Shown here: positions 49,901 through 59,604 of the stretch, piece by piece
Numbering within the stretch: position 1 is the stretch's first letter
Layout of the letters: each line of letters starts with the position of its first letter
NCBI GenBank assembly: GCA_043819135.1
Contig: JBDRFG010000107.1
Location: 31,002-95,001, forward strand
Direction of reading: 5' to 3'
Origin: Candidatus Eiseniibacteriota bacterium
GTDB taxonomy: Bacteria > Joyebacterota > Joyebacteria > Joyebacterales > Joyebacteraceae
Length of the DNA: 64,000 nucleotides
Notes under the pieces: model-generated
The model's database searches: none
Told to the model about the DNA's origin: nothing
Seen by the model: the letters and a program-made list of their open reading frames with translations, nothing else
Position numbers and translations under genes: made by a program

Positions 49901-50038
49901 CTACTCCTCCCTTGACGGCGCAGCCCAACAGGTCGTTGAGCACCCACGGGGGTCAGAGCCAACGGGGAGTGTGAGGACGATCCCACCCACCCCGTCCATT
50001 CACAGGCGACGACTTCCCGAGGCCCTTGTTTCTGCGGA

Positions 50039-50863
50039 CTACGTACGCGCGTAGCTGTCTCCTCGCGGTGCTTCGTCGTCAATCGCAACAGGATCGCCAA
50101 TCCACTCGTGTTCCACTGACCATCGTTCGGGACGGTCCGGTCCTATGCGAAGCACTAGGAGAAACGGACACCGTCCCCCGTACCGATCGTACATGCGCTG
50201 CCATCTTGTTGCCAGGTAGTACCCGGCGCCGACCGTGGCTAGCTCTGTAAGACCCGCTGCCTGGAAGACGAAGCGCTTTCGTGGCACATCGTACACACGC
50301 TGAATGTACGCGTAGTGATCTCCCGAGACGTCATCCTCCCCTTCAATTACGATTCTCGCCTTCCCATCACTCTGGAAGCCGGCGCGCGATGGCAGGTCGG
50401 CCTCCACGTAGCGAGACGCCCAGCTGTACCACCAACTCCCCAGGGCGATGAACGGGTCCCTGGAATCCAGCATCTTCTGTGTTGGAGGAGCAGCAGTGAC
50501 ATCGACCTTCACGTCTGCGACCAGTAGCTTGCTTAGTATCCCGGGGCGATCAACCTGCCGAGGCAGTGGATAGCGGAACTGCTCACGAATCCGATCTGCG
50601 ACGGATGCTTCGCTAAGAGCGACTGCGGTACCTGAGTACATGCCTGCACTACCCTCAATCGTCAAGGAGCCACCCTGGGCAACCTGAATGTTGGAGAGGT
50701 AGACTACGAGTCTTCTGCTTCCCTTGATTCCGAAGAAGGGGATTATCGAGCGACGTCGCCAGTGAACCAGCAACGTCCACGCAATCGCCAAGAAACCGGC
50801 CCAGAAGACAGCGTTCCCAACAACGCCGGCCAGGACGCTCAGTCCGAACATGAGGACCCCCAA
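50039..50863 (-). CDS. Hypothetical membrane-anchored protein
   Basis: N-terminal hydrophobic segment, AGGAG RBS. Confidence 0.55.
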   Translation of the reverse strand: MGVLMFGLSVLAGVVGNAVFWAGFLAIAWTLLVHWRRRSIIPFFGIKGSRRLVVYLSNIQVAQGGSLTIEGSAGMYSGTAVALSEASVADRIREQFRYPLPRQVDRPGILSKLLVADVKVDVTAAPPTQKMLDSRDPFIALGSWWYSWASRYVEADLPSRAGFQSDGKARIVIEGEDDVSGDHYAYIQRVYDVPRKRFVFQAAGLTELATVGAGYYLATRWQRMYDRYGGRCPFLLVLRIGPDRPERWSVEHEWIGDPVAIDDEAPRGDSYART

Positions 50864-50967
50864 TCATCTCCTATGCGCATACGCAGCAATCCCCAGCACA
50901 TGCGATCAGTTGGAGCGTGTGTGAACCCATCTAGAGCTGCCACACGGACTCGAGAGGGCATCGCCGC

Positions 50968-52668
50968 TCAGCTTGTCCGGGATTTCTTGGTGAACTCGTA
51001 CCCAAGCCTGTCGAGTGAGAACTCAGGCTTCACCCAGTCAAACGGCTGAGAGGTTAGAGCGACAATGAGGCTCGGCTGGTAGCGCCCGGTGTATCCGATC
51101 TCCTTGAGAATCGATCGCACTGCTAGGTCTCTCAGGTGATTGGTGGTGTGATATGCGATTTCGACCTCACGGGAGTCCTTGGCCTCTAGCAGCGCTCCAT
51201 GCATTGCCTTTCCCCTGAAAGCACTCAGCAGCCGCTCCCAGGTCTTGAAGTCGGGATGCCAGGGAGATCTCTCATAGGCGGAGCAAACAATATCAGCATC
51301 GGGAAACTGCTCGTGGCGGATGAGAGCGGTGACAGTCTCCCCAAAACTGGCGCGTGGCCCCCTGAACGTGCTAATCTGACCTGCGACGAGTTCGAACGCG
51401 TCTGCGCGCTCGGAGGCACCGTCCTTCCTCGCTTTGGCCGCCAGCTTTTCAATCGACTCTTGCGCCCCGTCGATGATCTTGAACAGCGCTCTTTTTCCGC
51501 CCTTGCTGCCCATCGATGGCACCTTCCTGACGTGAAGGCTCTCGCACAGCATCTCGATTGCCACTGCGGCGTGCCGCAGTCCATCGTCTAGCGTTCTGGC
51601 CCCATAGTGGCCGCTAAGGACGATGTTCCTGGCTGCCGCATGCAGGGGATCACGTTTCAAGTGGGTCGCCTGCAACCACCTGGTTAGCAACTGCCCGGTG
51701 CCCCGATGCACTCCTTCATCAATGAAGCGGTAGCCCTTCGAGTAGCATGGAAATCCACCGGTGTGGTAGCGAGCGGAGATCTGCCCCTCAGCATCGCGCA
51801 GCTCGATCCAGGCAGGCCGCACTTCTACTCCCGTGGCAAGCGAAAGCGCCAGCGTCAGACCAAGCGGTACCCAGGAGTACACATCCTCGACATCCTCAAG
51901 TCCCTCAGGTACGCGACCAACCATGACGGCCGTGACAAGCCCGCGTGCGGTGCCGCCGAGTAGCCGCGACTTCCGATCTGCGTAGTCTGAGAGCGGTTCG
52001 ATGAATGCAAGCTCACCGGAGTACTCGAAGCCAATCAAGCGGTTCTGGAGCGCAGAACGAACCCACTCAGGATCCCGTTCCCCTCCCTCTGGGCCAATTG
52101 GGGTCTCATGAGTCTGGTTGATGCGAAGGACGTGACTACCGACACCAGGTTCGTGTGGCCTGAACTCAGAGACGAAGTTCACCAGTGGAATGACCCAGTA
52201 AGCTGGTCGGCCAGCAGAATCAGCCGTGAACCTCGAACGAAGTGGTTGGAAGCGAAGCCGCGTCCCATCACCGAATGTGGGGGCGTAGTCGAAACCTGAG
52301 GTGATCTCGAATACCCCGTCTGGTGTGTCGATCTTCACGGCGGTGCCACTGCGAGGACTCGCCTTCAAGGGCATGCGCGTGCCACGCTTGATAGCCTTTG
52401 GCTCTCCTCCGATGAGGACGGCCAAGATGTCGTGTCTGCAATCCTCGCTCGATTGCGAGGGATCGACTTCGAGAGTCAGCGATAGGATTCCGAACTCGTC
52501 GAGCGAGGCGGTAGCCTCGCCCCGGACACTGCAGCTTGGATCTCCGAGGACGACAGTACCAATACCGCTGTACGTCGGCCAGGCATCGAACCAGCACTCT
52601 GACATACTCCGTGTCCTCGTGCCAAGCCGGCGTCTGCACCAGGTCAAGATGTCAATAAGACGGCACAT
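50968..52668 (-). CDS. Hypothetical protein resembling ApeA-like beta-rich N-terminus plus HEPN domain
   Basis: LSLATG, VAIEML, C-terminal FRGKAMHG (RxxxxH). Confidence 0.55.
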   Translation of the reverse strand: MCRLIDILTWCRRRLGTRTRSMSECWFDAWPTYSGIGTVVLGDPSCSVRGEATASLDEFGILSLTLEVDPSQSSEDCRHDILAVLIGGEPKAIKRGTRMPLKASPRSGTAVKIDTPDGVFEITSGFDYAPTFGDGTRLRFQPLRSRFTADSAGRPAYWVIPLVNFVSEFRPHEPGVGSHVLRINQTHETPIGPEGGERDPEWVRSALQNRLIGFEYSGELAFIEPLSDYADRKSRLLGGTARGLVTAVMVGRVPEGLEDVEDVYSWVPLGLTLALSLATGVEVRPAWIELRDAEGQISARYHTGGFPCYSKGYRFIDEGVHRGTGQLLTRWLQATHLKRDPLHAAARNIVLSGHYGARTLDDGLRHAAVAIEMLCESLHVRKVPSMGSKGGKRALFKIIDGAQESIEKLAAKARKDGASERADAFELVAGQISTFRGPRASFGETVTALIRHEQFPDADIVCSAYERSPWHPDFKTWERLLSAFRGKAMHGALLEAKDSREVEIAYHTTNHLRDLAVRSILKEIGYTGRYQPSLIVALTSQPFDWVKPEFSLDRLGYEFTKKSRTS

Positions 52669-52697
52669 GCTCTCTTGCCCCAGCTGAAGCTTCGGCC

Positions 52698-52823
52698 ACC
52701 CAACGGACCAAGCGTCATCCGCGAGCGTCGAGGGTGGCGAAGGGTGTTCTGGCTGACGCGGAGCGGCAGCCCCCTGCAGATCCAGTTGCAGCCAAGCTCG
52801 TCAGGTGCATACGCTAGTCAGGT
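52698..52823 (-). other. attC-like site (126 bp)
   Basis: Minus strand ACCTGAC-tagcgtatgcacctgacgagc...gctcgcggatgacgcttggtcc-GTTGGGT, overlapping the stop of the upstream gene. Confidence 0.65.
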
Positions 52824-53701
52824 GTCGCTGGACGCACCCGCTCAACCCAAGAGAACTCGAAATCCCTGCCCACCGAGACCACCCAGATCTCGGTCATTGC
52901 CCGAATGCGAGCGGCAATCTCATTGTCGAGATCGCTATGCTTCTGCTCGAGGCTTCCAAGCAGCGAGCGCATGCCATCCGTCTGATCTCGCCTGGCAAGC
53001 TCCGGATGCCTCCAGTCGGCTAGCCCTAGCTGCCGGGCGCCCTTGAACACGTCGAGTGCGTCAGCGGAGAGCGCAAGACACGCGACCCGCCGCCCGCCAG
53101 CTCCTTCCAGTTGCTTGGCTGCCTCGAACACCCTGACGGTCAAGTAGTCAGCAGAATCATACATGCCGCGCCAGACGGTTCGCGGTCCCTCCCCTGACAG
53201 CTGCGCGAGAATCGCCTCGAAGATGGCGTTTTCCATGCCCATGTACTTGACCTCAACCGAGCACTCACGATGAAGGCTGTCCCTGAACACAAGATCGTAG
53301 GCAGCCCCTCCCGCTGCGAGGCCGGTTATCTCCGCATCCTGCCTGTCCAGCCAAGCCGCAAGCTGCAACTCAGTCAGGAACCCCCGGAAGATGTCGGCCT
53401 CGTGCTTCCGCTTCTCGGCCGTCGGAGCCAGCACCCATGACTCACGTAGGACCTTCCTATAGTGCGGCGTTACATCCGCTCTCACGCTGCCATTCTCGAT
53501 GAGGAATCGCTCGATTGGCTCAGTGATTCCATCCAGGCAGCCGCACTCAAGCGCCCCCAGGAGAATGGAGTGGTGAAACGAAGGAGCTCCATGGACACAA
53601 CGCTCTTTGAAGGAATCCCAGATGTCGTCCGGCAGCAGAATCAACTTGAGTGCGGCAGACTCCTCCCGAAGTCGTGCCAGCTGATGTGTGTCGTTCCTCA
53701 T
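52814..53701 (-). CDS. Putative PD-(D/E)xK nuclease-like protein
   Basis: TELQLA...YDLVF...SVEVKY pattern. Confidence 0.5.
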   Translation of the reverse strand: MRNDTHQLARLREESAALKLILLPDDIWDSFKERCVHGAPSFHHSILLGALECGCLDGITEPIERFLIENGSVRADVTPHYRKVLRESWVLAPTAEKRKHEADIFRGFLTELQLAAWLDRQDAEITGLAAGGAAYDLVFRDSLHRECSVEVKYMGMENAIFEAILAQLSGEGPRTVWRGMYDSADYLTVRVFEAAKQLEGAGGRRVACLALSADALDVFKGARQLGLADWRHPELARRDQTDGMRSLLGSLEQKHSDLDNEIAARIRAMTEIWVVSVGRDFEFSWVERVRPATPD

Positions 53702-54140
53702 CCAGCTCCAATCCAAGTTGCCACAGACTAATGGTCCGGCGACACCCAACTGCGTCTAGGACGCCTAGCATGATGATGGTCATCGTGCGGGAGCCAAGCA
53801 CGACGGGACCGGCGGGTTGTGCTTCCCCATGATCGCGAGCCTGTCAAACCGCCTGAGGGACTTCTCGGTTCCGGGTGGCCCTTGGCCCATCGCGCCCCTG
53901 ACGATGCGAGAGGAATGCGGGGCGTTGCACACAGCACCCCACAACTGCACCTTGGACCACGCGGAGATTCCCTTCTTCTGCTCCTATTACCCGGCGGATG
54001 TCCAGTTTAGCATCCTTACGACGATGCCGCTAGCGGCAAGTCCGAGGACATGACAGACCCACGGCTGTGGTGGCACGAGGCTCCCACGTGGACTTGGCGG
54101 TGCTGCGTCCGTCGCGGAGCTCTCGAGGCCAGCTTCGGCC

Positions 54141-54406
54141 CTTCACCCCTTCACCCACGCTCACACGCACGCATGACCGAGGGCAGAGGTGAAGGGTCGG
54201 AGAGGCAAATCGTGGGCGGGGGTGAACTGGTGAAAGGGTGAATGGAGAAGAGAAGTAGTAGTACTTCATGTACCTACGTACACCGCTCTTCACCCTGTTT
54301 CACTTGGAGATAGTCTCCTGCGCGACAGGGGGTGAAAGGGTGAAAGGGCGGTCTGATCGTACGTCTGGCGGGGAGTTACGCGGATTCATCGGGCGGACAT
54401 TTCACC
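54141..54406. repeat. Iteron cluster, probable replication origin of the element
   Basis: About eleven GGTGAA/TTCACC-type repeats in both orientations around an AT-richer spacer, just downstream of the primase gene. Confidence 0.7.
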
Positions 54407-54468
54407 TGTCGCCCGTCCTCCCCTCTCTCTTGCGGATTGTTAGGCGCCACTGGCTGCTGTGGGCGAAT

Positions 54469-56577
54469 CTACTCACTGGTGCCACTCACCAGACGGTAGA
54501 ATCGACCCGCTCTAGGCCGATTGCCATCGGCCCGGGTCACGATGTCCCCGCGCTGCTCGACCGTGTCGATGATGCTCGCGAAGGTCTTGGCATCTGTCTT
54601 CATCCGCTTCAGAAGTTTGCTGTGCGATAGCTCCATGTTGGGAGCCCCTCGCAGCTTCTTCAGAAACTTGAGACAGAGCGCATCGAACGGGCTGTCTGCA
54701 ACGTGGGATTGAGCCATGAAGAGCATCCTCCTGGCCTGGTGGACAACGAACCTGCTGGCCCACTCCGCCCCCGCCCTTCCGATCTCCGGACAGTCGCGGC
54801 ACTCGCTCACAGCGTAGATTAGCGCTAGCTTCCGGGCATGTTCGCCTACGCGGCCCCAAACTGCCGCCCCGGCCTCATCACTTGAGCCCACGGCCGCGTC
54901 GTATTCCATCTCGGCCTCCTTCCTGATCTCAACCAGGGTGCGCGAAGCGTCGAGGGTCTGTGGAACAACCAAGGGGTCGGGGCGCCAGTCCTTCAGGTTT
55001 CCATCCCCGGGCCTGAACTCCGCCCACCACCTCGCGTGTGCGACCACGCGCTCGGGCAGCGGCCTAAGCAGTGGCTCCTGGCCGGAACCGCGGCGTCCAC
55101 AGTCCAGGACGATCATGCGAGCGAAGAACCCGTTGGTGAGCATCCGCTCCGAGAGCGCCCCGTAGTAGTGGCTGGGGATGGCCGTCCCGAAGAGTACGAG
55201 GCTCGGCTGGTCAATCGCCCCCGGGGCGGACTTGCCGGCCTTTCGTCTCATGGGGAAGACCGAGTTCGCTGCAGAGTAGACCGTGAGCAGAGTGCTCATG
55301 ATGCTCTCGTACCTGGCATCCTTCGCCTTGTTGATCGACTGGAGCATTCCATCAATCTCATCGGTCTGGAACAGCATGGATGGATGGGCGAAGAGCGCGT
55401 CCTGAATCCCCTCGCCGGAGGCGAACTGCCCGCCGAAATGATCCGCGAGCCCGATGGCATGCAGAATCTCGTTGTTGACCTTACGTGGGTGCTCCTTCCC
55501 CGCCGATGAGTGCGCGAGGCCAAGGAGGTACAGATTCGTGCGGACGTCGGCAGAATCCCGAACCTTGCGTCCGGCCAGGGTGGCCTGAAGAGCGAGGGCG
55601 CCAGCGAATGCCATGGTCACATTCGGGTAGGGAGCTGTCTCGAGGCTGTGGTCCATGACCTCAGAGATGAAGCCCGGGACCCTCAGGAGTTCGAACGGAA
55701 GCGGGCCCGGGTCCGCAACCTCGTGTGGAGTAACACCAAGGCGTTCGATGTCGCGGCTGTGCGTGATCACATGGTGTCTAGCTGCCCCCGCAGCCATCTG
55801 GTCGGGGGCATACCGGCAGATGCTGGCCGCCACCCTCTCGACCTCGGACTCCAGCAGCGGCGGCTGGCAGCGGTCCTGGTTCGCCTGAGCCAAGGCGACG
55901 AGAATCTCCTTCTGGGGAGACCCTACACGGCGCATCGCGCCCGCGAGTCGCGCCAGGGTGTCGTTTCTCTGGCCGGTCGGAATGGTGTTGCCATTCGGCA
56001 CGGGATCGTCGCACTGTGGCGACCTGCGCGCGCCCTCGGGCGTCCCGGGCGCGGACCCGTTGCCGCCCAGCCGATCCAGCAGAGCCGTGAGCCAGCCGGG
56101 AGGCTCAGTCAGCTCGTCCGGTGACGGGAGGGTCGAGACTTCGGACCACCGGTACTGCTTCCCCTCAACGACCGAGGGCGGGACAACGATATACCCGCCG
56201 TTGCAGCGCGTATCGACCTTCGGGGCGATTCCGCCCGCCGTATTGCCCCAGCTTTTGCCAGACGGCTGTCGGAAGATGAAGTGCTGTCCTCCTCGAGGTG
56301 TGTTCGAGATGGCCCCTCTAGATAGGTCCGCCCGTCTCTCGGGCGCATCAGGCCACGGGTTGTCCGCGCCGTCCACATCTACGACGAGAAGACCGCGTGT
56401 CGGGGTGGCGATGTTGGCTAGCGGGTGCTTCCTCCACCACGTGTCTATCTGCTCGATGTCTGTCGTGGCATCATGGAAGCCGTGCTGTGTGAGCGGGGCT
56501 TTCTCACCAGGCACGCAGGGGAAGATCGGGTAGCCCATCTCGGCGTAGCGGATGGCGTCCTCTCGCAGGGCACTCAA
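54469..56577 (-). CDS. Bifunctional primase-polymerase (Prim-Pol) + PriCT + DUF3987 helicase-like protein
   Basis: YPIFPC, VVDVD, TPRGGQH, GGYIVVPPS, GQRNDTL, SSAGKE, QTDEID; TTG start after GGAG. Confidence 0.88.
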   Translation of the reverse strand: MSALREDAIRYAEMGYPIFPCVPGEKAPLTQHGFHDATTDIEQIDTWWRKHPLANIATPTRGLLVVDVDGADNPWPDAPERRADLSRGAISNTPRGGQHFIFRQPSGKSWGNTAGGIAPKVDTRCNGGYIVVPPSVVEGKQYRWSEVSTLPSPDELTEPPGWLTALLDRLGGNGSAPGTPEGARRSPQCDDPVPNGNTIPTGQRNDTLARLAGAMRRVGSPQKEILVALAQANQDRCQPPLLESEVERVAASICRYAPDQMAAGAARHHVITHSRDIERLGVTPHEVADPGPLPFELLRVPGFISEVMDHSLETAPYPNVTMAFAGALALQATLAGRKVRDSADVRTNLYLLGLAHSSAGKEHPRKVNNEILHAIGLADHFGGQFASGEGIQDALFAHPSMLFQTDEIDGMLQSINKAKDARYESIMSTLLTVYSAANSVFPMRRKAGKSAPGAIDQPSLVLFGTAIPSHYYGALSERMLTNGFFARMIVLDCGRRGSGQEPLLRPLPERVVAHARWWAEFRPGDGNLKDWRPDPLVVPQTLDASRTLVEIRKEAEMEYDAAVGSSDEAGAAVWGRVGEHARKLALIYAVSECRDCPEIGRAGAEWASRFVVHQARRMLFMAQSHVADSPFDALCLKFLKKLRGAPNMELSHSKLLKRMKTDAKTFASIIDTVEQRGDIVTRADGNRPRAGRFYRLVSGTSE

Positions 56578-56627
56578 AACCGCGGTTCTCCATTTCGGTG
56601 GTCTGCTCGGTGTCTTGTTGACCTGGG

Positions 56628-57086
56628 CTACCGACGCGCCCAGGGCGGAGTGTCTGCTTCCTCTTCCTGGGGCAGGCCACCATCCGGACCGTCTGCTTTC
56701 GCGTAGCCTCGGACCTCGTTCACCAGGTCTCCGTTGTCCTTTCGTCTCCTTTGCCCGACGATGATCACAAGCGGCACGTCGTGCAGCTCGCTTGAGTCCA
56801 TCGGCTGCATATGGCCTACGGCACGGCACACCGCTGAGAGCTCGGCCTGTGCAATCTCAACGGCCTGGGCGCTCGGGTTGACGAGATTCAGCCGCGACCA
56901 GAGCAGACGGCCCTTGAAAGGATCCTCTATGACCTGGAAGGTGAACTCGAGGTAGTGACCGTTTCCGCTCTTCGTCGGCTTCATCACCGAGTCCGTGATG
57001 ATGGCAACGTACCTCCCATCGGGGATCAATTCGAAGTCGGTGGTCGGGTCAATGTTGCTGGCGTTGAAACCGTCCAGACTAACCAT
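56628..57086 (-). CDS. DUF669 phage ssDNA-binding-like protein
   Basis: IPDGRYVAII...TKSGNGHYLEFTFQVI...LWSRLNL; C-terminal PPW. Confidence 0.85.
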   Translation of the reverse strand: MVSLDGFNASNIDPTTDFELIPDGRYVAIITDSVMKPTKSGNGHYLEFTFQVIEDPFKGRLLWSRLNLVNPSAQAVEIAQAELSAVCRAVGHMQPMDSSELHDVPLVIIVGQRRRKDNGDLVNEVRGYAKADGPDGGLPQEEEADTPPWARR

Positions 57087-57088
57087 GC

Positions 57089-57874
57089 TCACTTCCCTCC
57101 TTTGCCCTTGCCGGGCTGTGACGTGATGGCTGATCTGTCTGTCAGGTACTGAGCGTAGGTACTCCATTCCAGAGGCATCTCTTCAGGAAGGCTCAGGCGG
57201 TTCTTGGCCACGTGGGCCGGCCGTTCGACCGTCCGGAGAATCCGCTCCCCGGTCCCTATTCCTCTGTTGCGCGTGCGGTCGAACCCCTCGTCCGACTGCC
57301 GTGTGAGCACCTTGAAGCTCGCGAAGAAGACCTCATCGCACCACTCCTGAACCATCTGAGAGGCCAGGCGATGGAGCCTCGGCACATAGCGATCGTAGGA
57401 CTCCGTCTCGGGGTTCTCGAAACGCTCTATCCGGGCATGCGCGATCAGGACGATCATCATGCCCCTGTCGTTGCGGAGCGCACTCAATCCCTCAAGAAAC
57501 TCCCGCCATTGGGTGAGAGCGAAGACGTAGCCCTTTGAGTAGCCGATGTCCTCGACGCTCTCTACGTTCCGCGCGTGGCAAACGTCGGCCCAGATCAGGC
57601 GTTCGAGCCAGTCCAGCGAGTCCACAACGACTGTGCAGAACTCGTGCTTCTCGGTGTAGAGCTCCGCCATAGCCTGCATGGCCTGACCGAACGTGGTGGA
57701 AAGCGGTAACTTGTCGCACTCGATCTCACCCAATCCATCCTCTGTCTGGATGAAGATAGGCTCTGGAGCACACGAGGCGAAGGTGCTCTTCCCGACGCCG
57801 TGCGTCCCGTAGAGCATCAACCGCCGGGGCGCTACGCTTCGGCCATTCGTGATCTGGTCAAGCAGCTTAGCCAC
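57089..57874 (-). CDS. AAA_24 / Sak4-like phage ATPase
   Basis: LYGTHGVGKSTFA, VVDSLDWLE, LIAH, AKNR. Confidence 0.88.
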   Translation of the reverse strand: MAKLLDQITNGRSVAPRRLMLYGTHGVGKSTFASCAPEPIFIQTEDGLGEIECDKLPLSTTFGQAMQAMAELYTEKHEFCTVVVDSLDWLERLIWADVCHARNVESVEDIGYSKGYVFALTQWREFLEGLSALRNDRGMMIVLIAHARIERFENPETESYDRYVPRLHRLASQMVQEWCDEVFFASFKVLTRQSDEGFDRTRNRGIGTGERILRTVERPAHVAKNRLSLPEEMPLEWSTYAQYLTDRSAITSQPGKGKGGK

Positions 57875-57880
57875 TATCGA

Positions 57881-58048
57881 CTACCTCCTTCCGTCTGGTC
57901 TAAGTGCCTTGTGGATGCCCGGTCGGGGACTCGGACACCCGCTCTTCTTCTCGAGGTAGGTCACGATGAAATCCGCAAGAATCTTGATCACTTCATCGGT
58001 GTCACTCTCGGAAAGCTCATTCCGGTGGCGCTTCAGATCGAGCTCCAT
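57881..58048 (-). CDS. Small hypothetical protein (55 aa, not in ORF track)
   Basis: MELDLKRHRNELSESDTDEVIKILADFIVTYLEKK...; fills the operon gap. Confidence 0.45.
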   Translation of the reverse strand: MELDLKRHRNELSESDTDEVIKILADFIVTYLEKKSGCPSPRPGIHKALRPDGRR

Positions 58049-58063
58049 GCGCGACGTCAATGG

Positions 58064-58330
58064 CTAGTCCCTTCTTAGTGAGCGGAGGAACTCCGATACG
58101 GCCGGATGTGACCTCGCCTTCGGGCGTTGCTCCTGCGGCTCCATCTCATCGAGCGAGAGCTCATCGTCAAGGCGGCGCAGCACCCTACCCCGAATCGCAC
58201 TGAGGCTCCTGACCAGTCGCCACACCAGATCATCGTCCAGATCGTGGATTGCCACGAGCCCACCTATCACGAGGACCTCCTCCTCGAAGAGGTCATCTAT
58301 CAGCGAACGCGCCTCGGCCTTGCTTATCAT
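58064..58330 (-). CDS. Hypothetical protein
   Basis: AAGGAG RBS, co-directional in operon. Confidence 0.6.
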   Translation of the reverse strand: MISKAEARSLIDDLFEEEVLVIGGLVAIHDLDDDLVWRLVRSLSAIRGRVLRRLDDELSLDEMEPQEQRPKARSHPAVSEFLRSLRRD

Positions 58331-58417
58331 GGTCTCTCTCCTTGAGTTTGATTGGCTACCCGTCTCCAGCTACCAAGGGGGGAGCGGGTGTGTGCGTGGG
58401 GACAAGCTCCCGAGCCG

Positions 58418-59191
58418 TCACCGCACCATCTCCTCGAATCGTCGAATCGCAGTCTCCGCCCGTTGACGTCGCTTCTTGGCCACCTCGTAGTTGAGACCGG
58501 CGTCCCGTGCGTACTCCGCGAGAGATAGGCCATTCACGCGTGTTGCCAAGAGCAGGAGGAAATCGGCGTCGGTGATTCGCCCGGCATCGCGATGCTCCCG
58601 CAGTCTCTTGAACTGCTGCTCGAGTTCTTCCCTGCGGTACAGAACCTCGAGTCCGATTCCATCGACGCCCCCGCACAGCCAGTCGAACTCATCTTCATCG
58701 AGGCCAAGCTCACGATTCGTGCGCTTCCAGCGACGCTTGTACAGCTGGTAGAGATGGTGATTGGTGTCGTTCATGATCTTCTGGACCAGCCTTGCTGGCC
58801 GCCGCGCCAAGTCGATTCGGCAGACCACTTGCAGGAACGTCAAGGCTATGTTCTGCCAGAGCTCTTCAGGGCCGTACTCCGGATCGTCTTCCCAGTAGCG
58901 CTTCCTGTACGCCATCGAGCTGAGACCGGGCCAGAAGATCTCCAGCAGGACGACCTGCCAGCGCGGGTCCAAGTCTTGCCCATGAGCCTGGAGGATGGGA
59001 CGAAGGACCTCGTCCTTGCGGGGATCAGTGGATGTGCCAGCTCGCATGAATGCGATGGCATCCGCCCAGGTCGCGAACTGACGCAGAAAGCAGGAGGTCC
59101 GCTGGAGGTACTGCAATAGCCCTTGATACTCAACGGTCTGGAGCTCCCGCTTGAGCCACTCTCGGTCTCGATCTCTTGAAGCGCTTGCCAT
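58418..59191 (-). CDS. Sigma-factor-like DNA-binding protein
   Basis: EELWQ...FL region-2-like segment; C-terminal HTH GLSLAEYARDAGLNYEVAKKRRQRA. Confidence 0.6.
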   Translation of the reverse strand: MASASRDRDREWLKRELQTVEYQGLLQYLQRTSCFLRQFATWADAIAFMRAGTSTDPRKDEVLRPILQAHGQDLDPRWQVVLLEIFWPGLSSMAYRKRYWEDDPEYGPEELWQNIALTFLQVVCRIDLARRPARLVQKIMNDTNHHLYQLYKRRWKRTNRELGLDEDEFDWLCGGVDGIGLEVLYRREELEQQFKRLREHRDAGRITDADFLLLLATRVNGLSLAEYARDAGLNYEVAKKRRQRAETAIRRFEEMVR

Positions 59192-59302
59192 GACGCCCGA
59201 CCTTTCCGGCCGGGCGTCTGGCACCTCCTACTGGCCAATCGGGCGTCTAGCACCTCTGACTTCACTGAGCTGACTCGGCTACTCTCCCATACCGATCGAC
59301 TG

Positions 59303-59482
59303 CTACTGCTTTTTGCCGCCGCTCCTTTCGTTGATGGTCGAGCAACTCCGGCAAACGGCGATGACGTTGTAGTCACCGCCGTCCACGACGTACTGCGCCC
59401 CCTTGTGGCGAAGGTTTAGATGAGCCCCGCGCTCCACGCCAAGAAGAGCGCTGCATTCCCTGCACCGCCATTCCCCTTCCAT
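59303..59482 (-). CDS. Small zinc-finger protein (Mu Com-like)
   Basis: WRCRECSALLG...CRSCSTIN. Confidence 0.6.
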   Translation of the reverse strand: MEGEWRCRECSALLGVERGAHLNLRHKGAQYVVDGGDYNVIAVCRSCSTINERSGGKKQ

Positions 59483-59604
59483 GTGGGAACCCCTTTCCAC
59501 TAGCCAAGAGGTGCAGTTGCCCAACGGCCGCTGACCTCAATGGTGCGGAACCCGGAGATAGAGTGGAGGTATAAGGCAGGTACTAGGGAGGTACGCTCGA
59601 GATA

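Noticed and set aside
53743..53762. attI-like site GTCCTAG-ACGCA-GTTGGGT at the head of the cassette array
   Set aside because: Spacing fits but the L box is too degenerate and there is no intI nearby; cannot be distinguished from an attC relic
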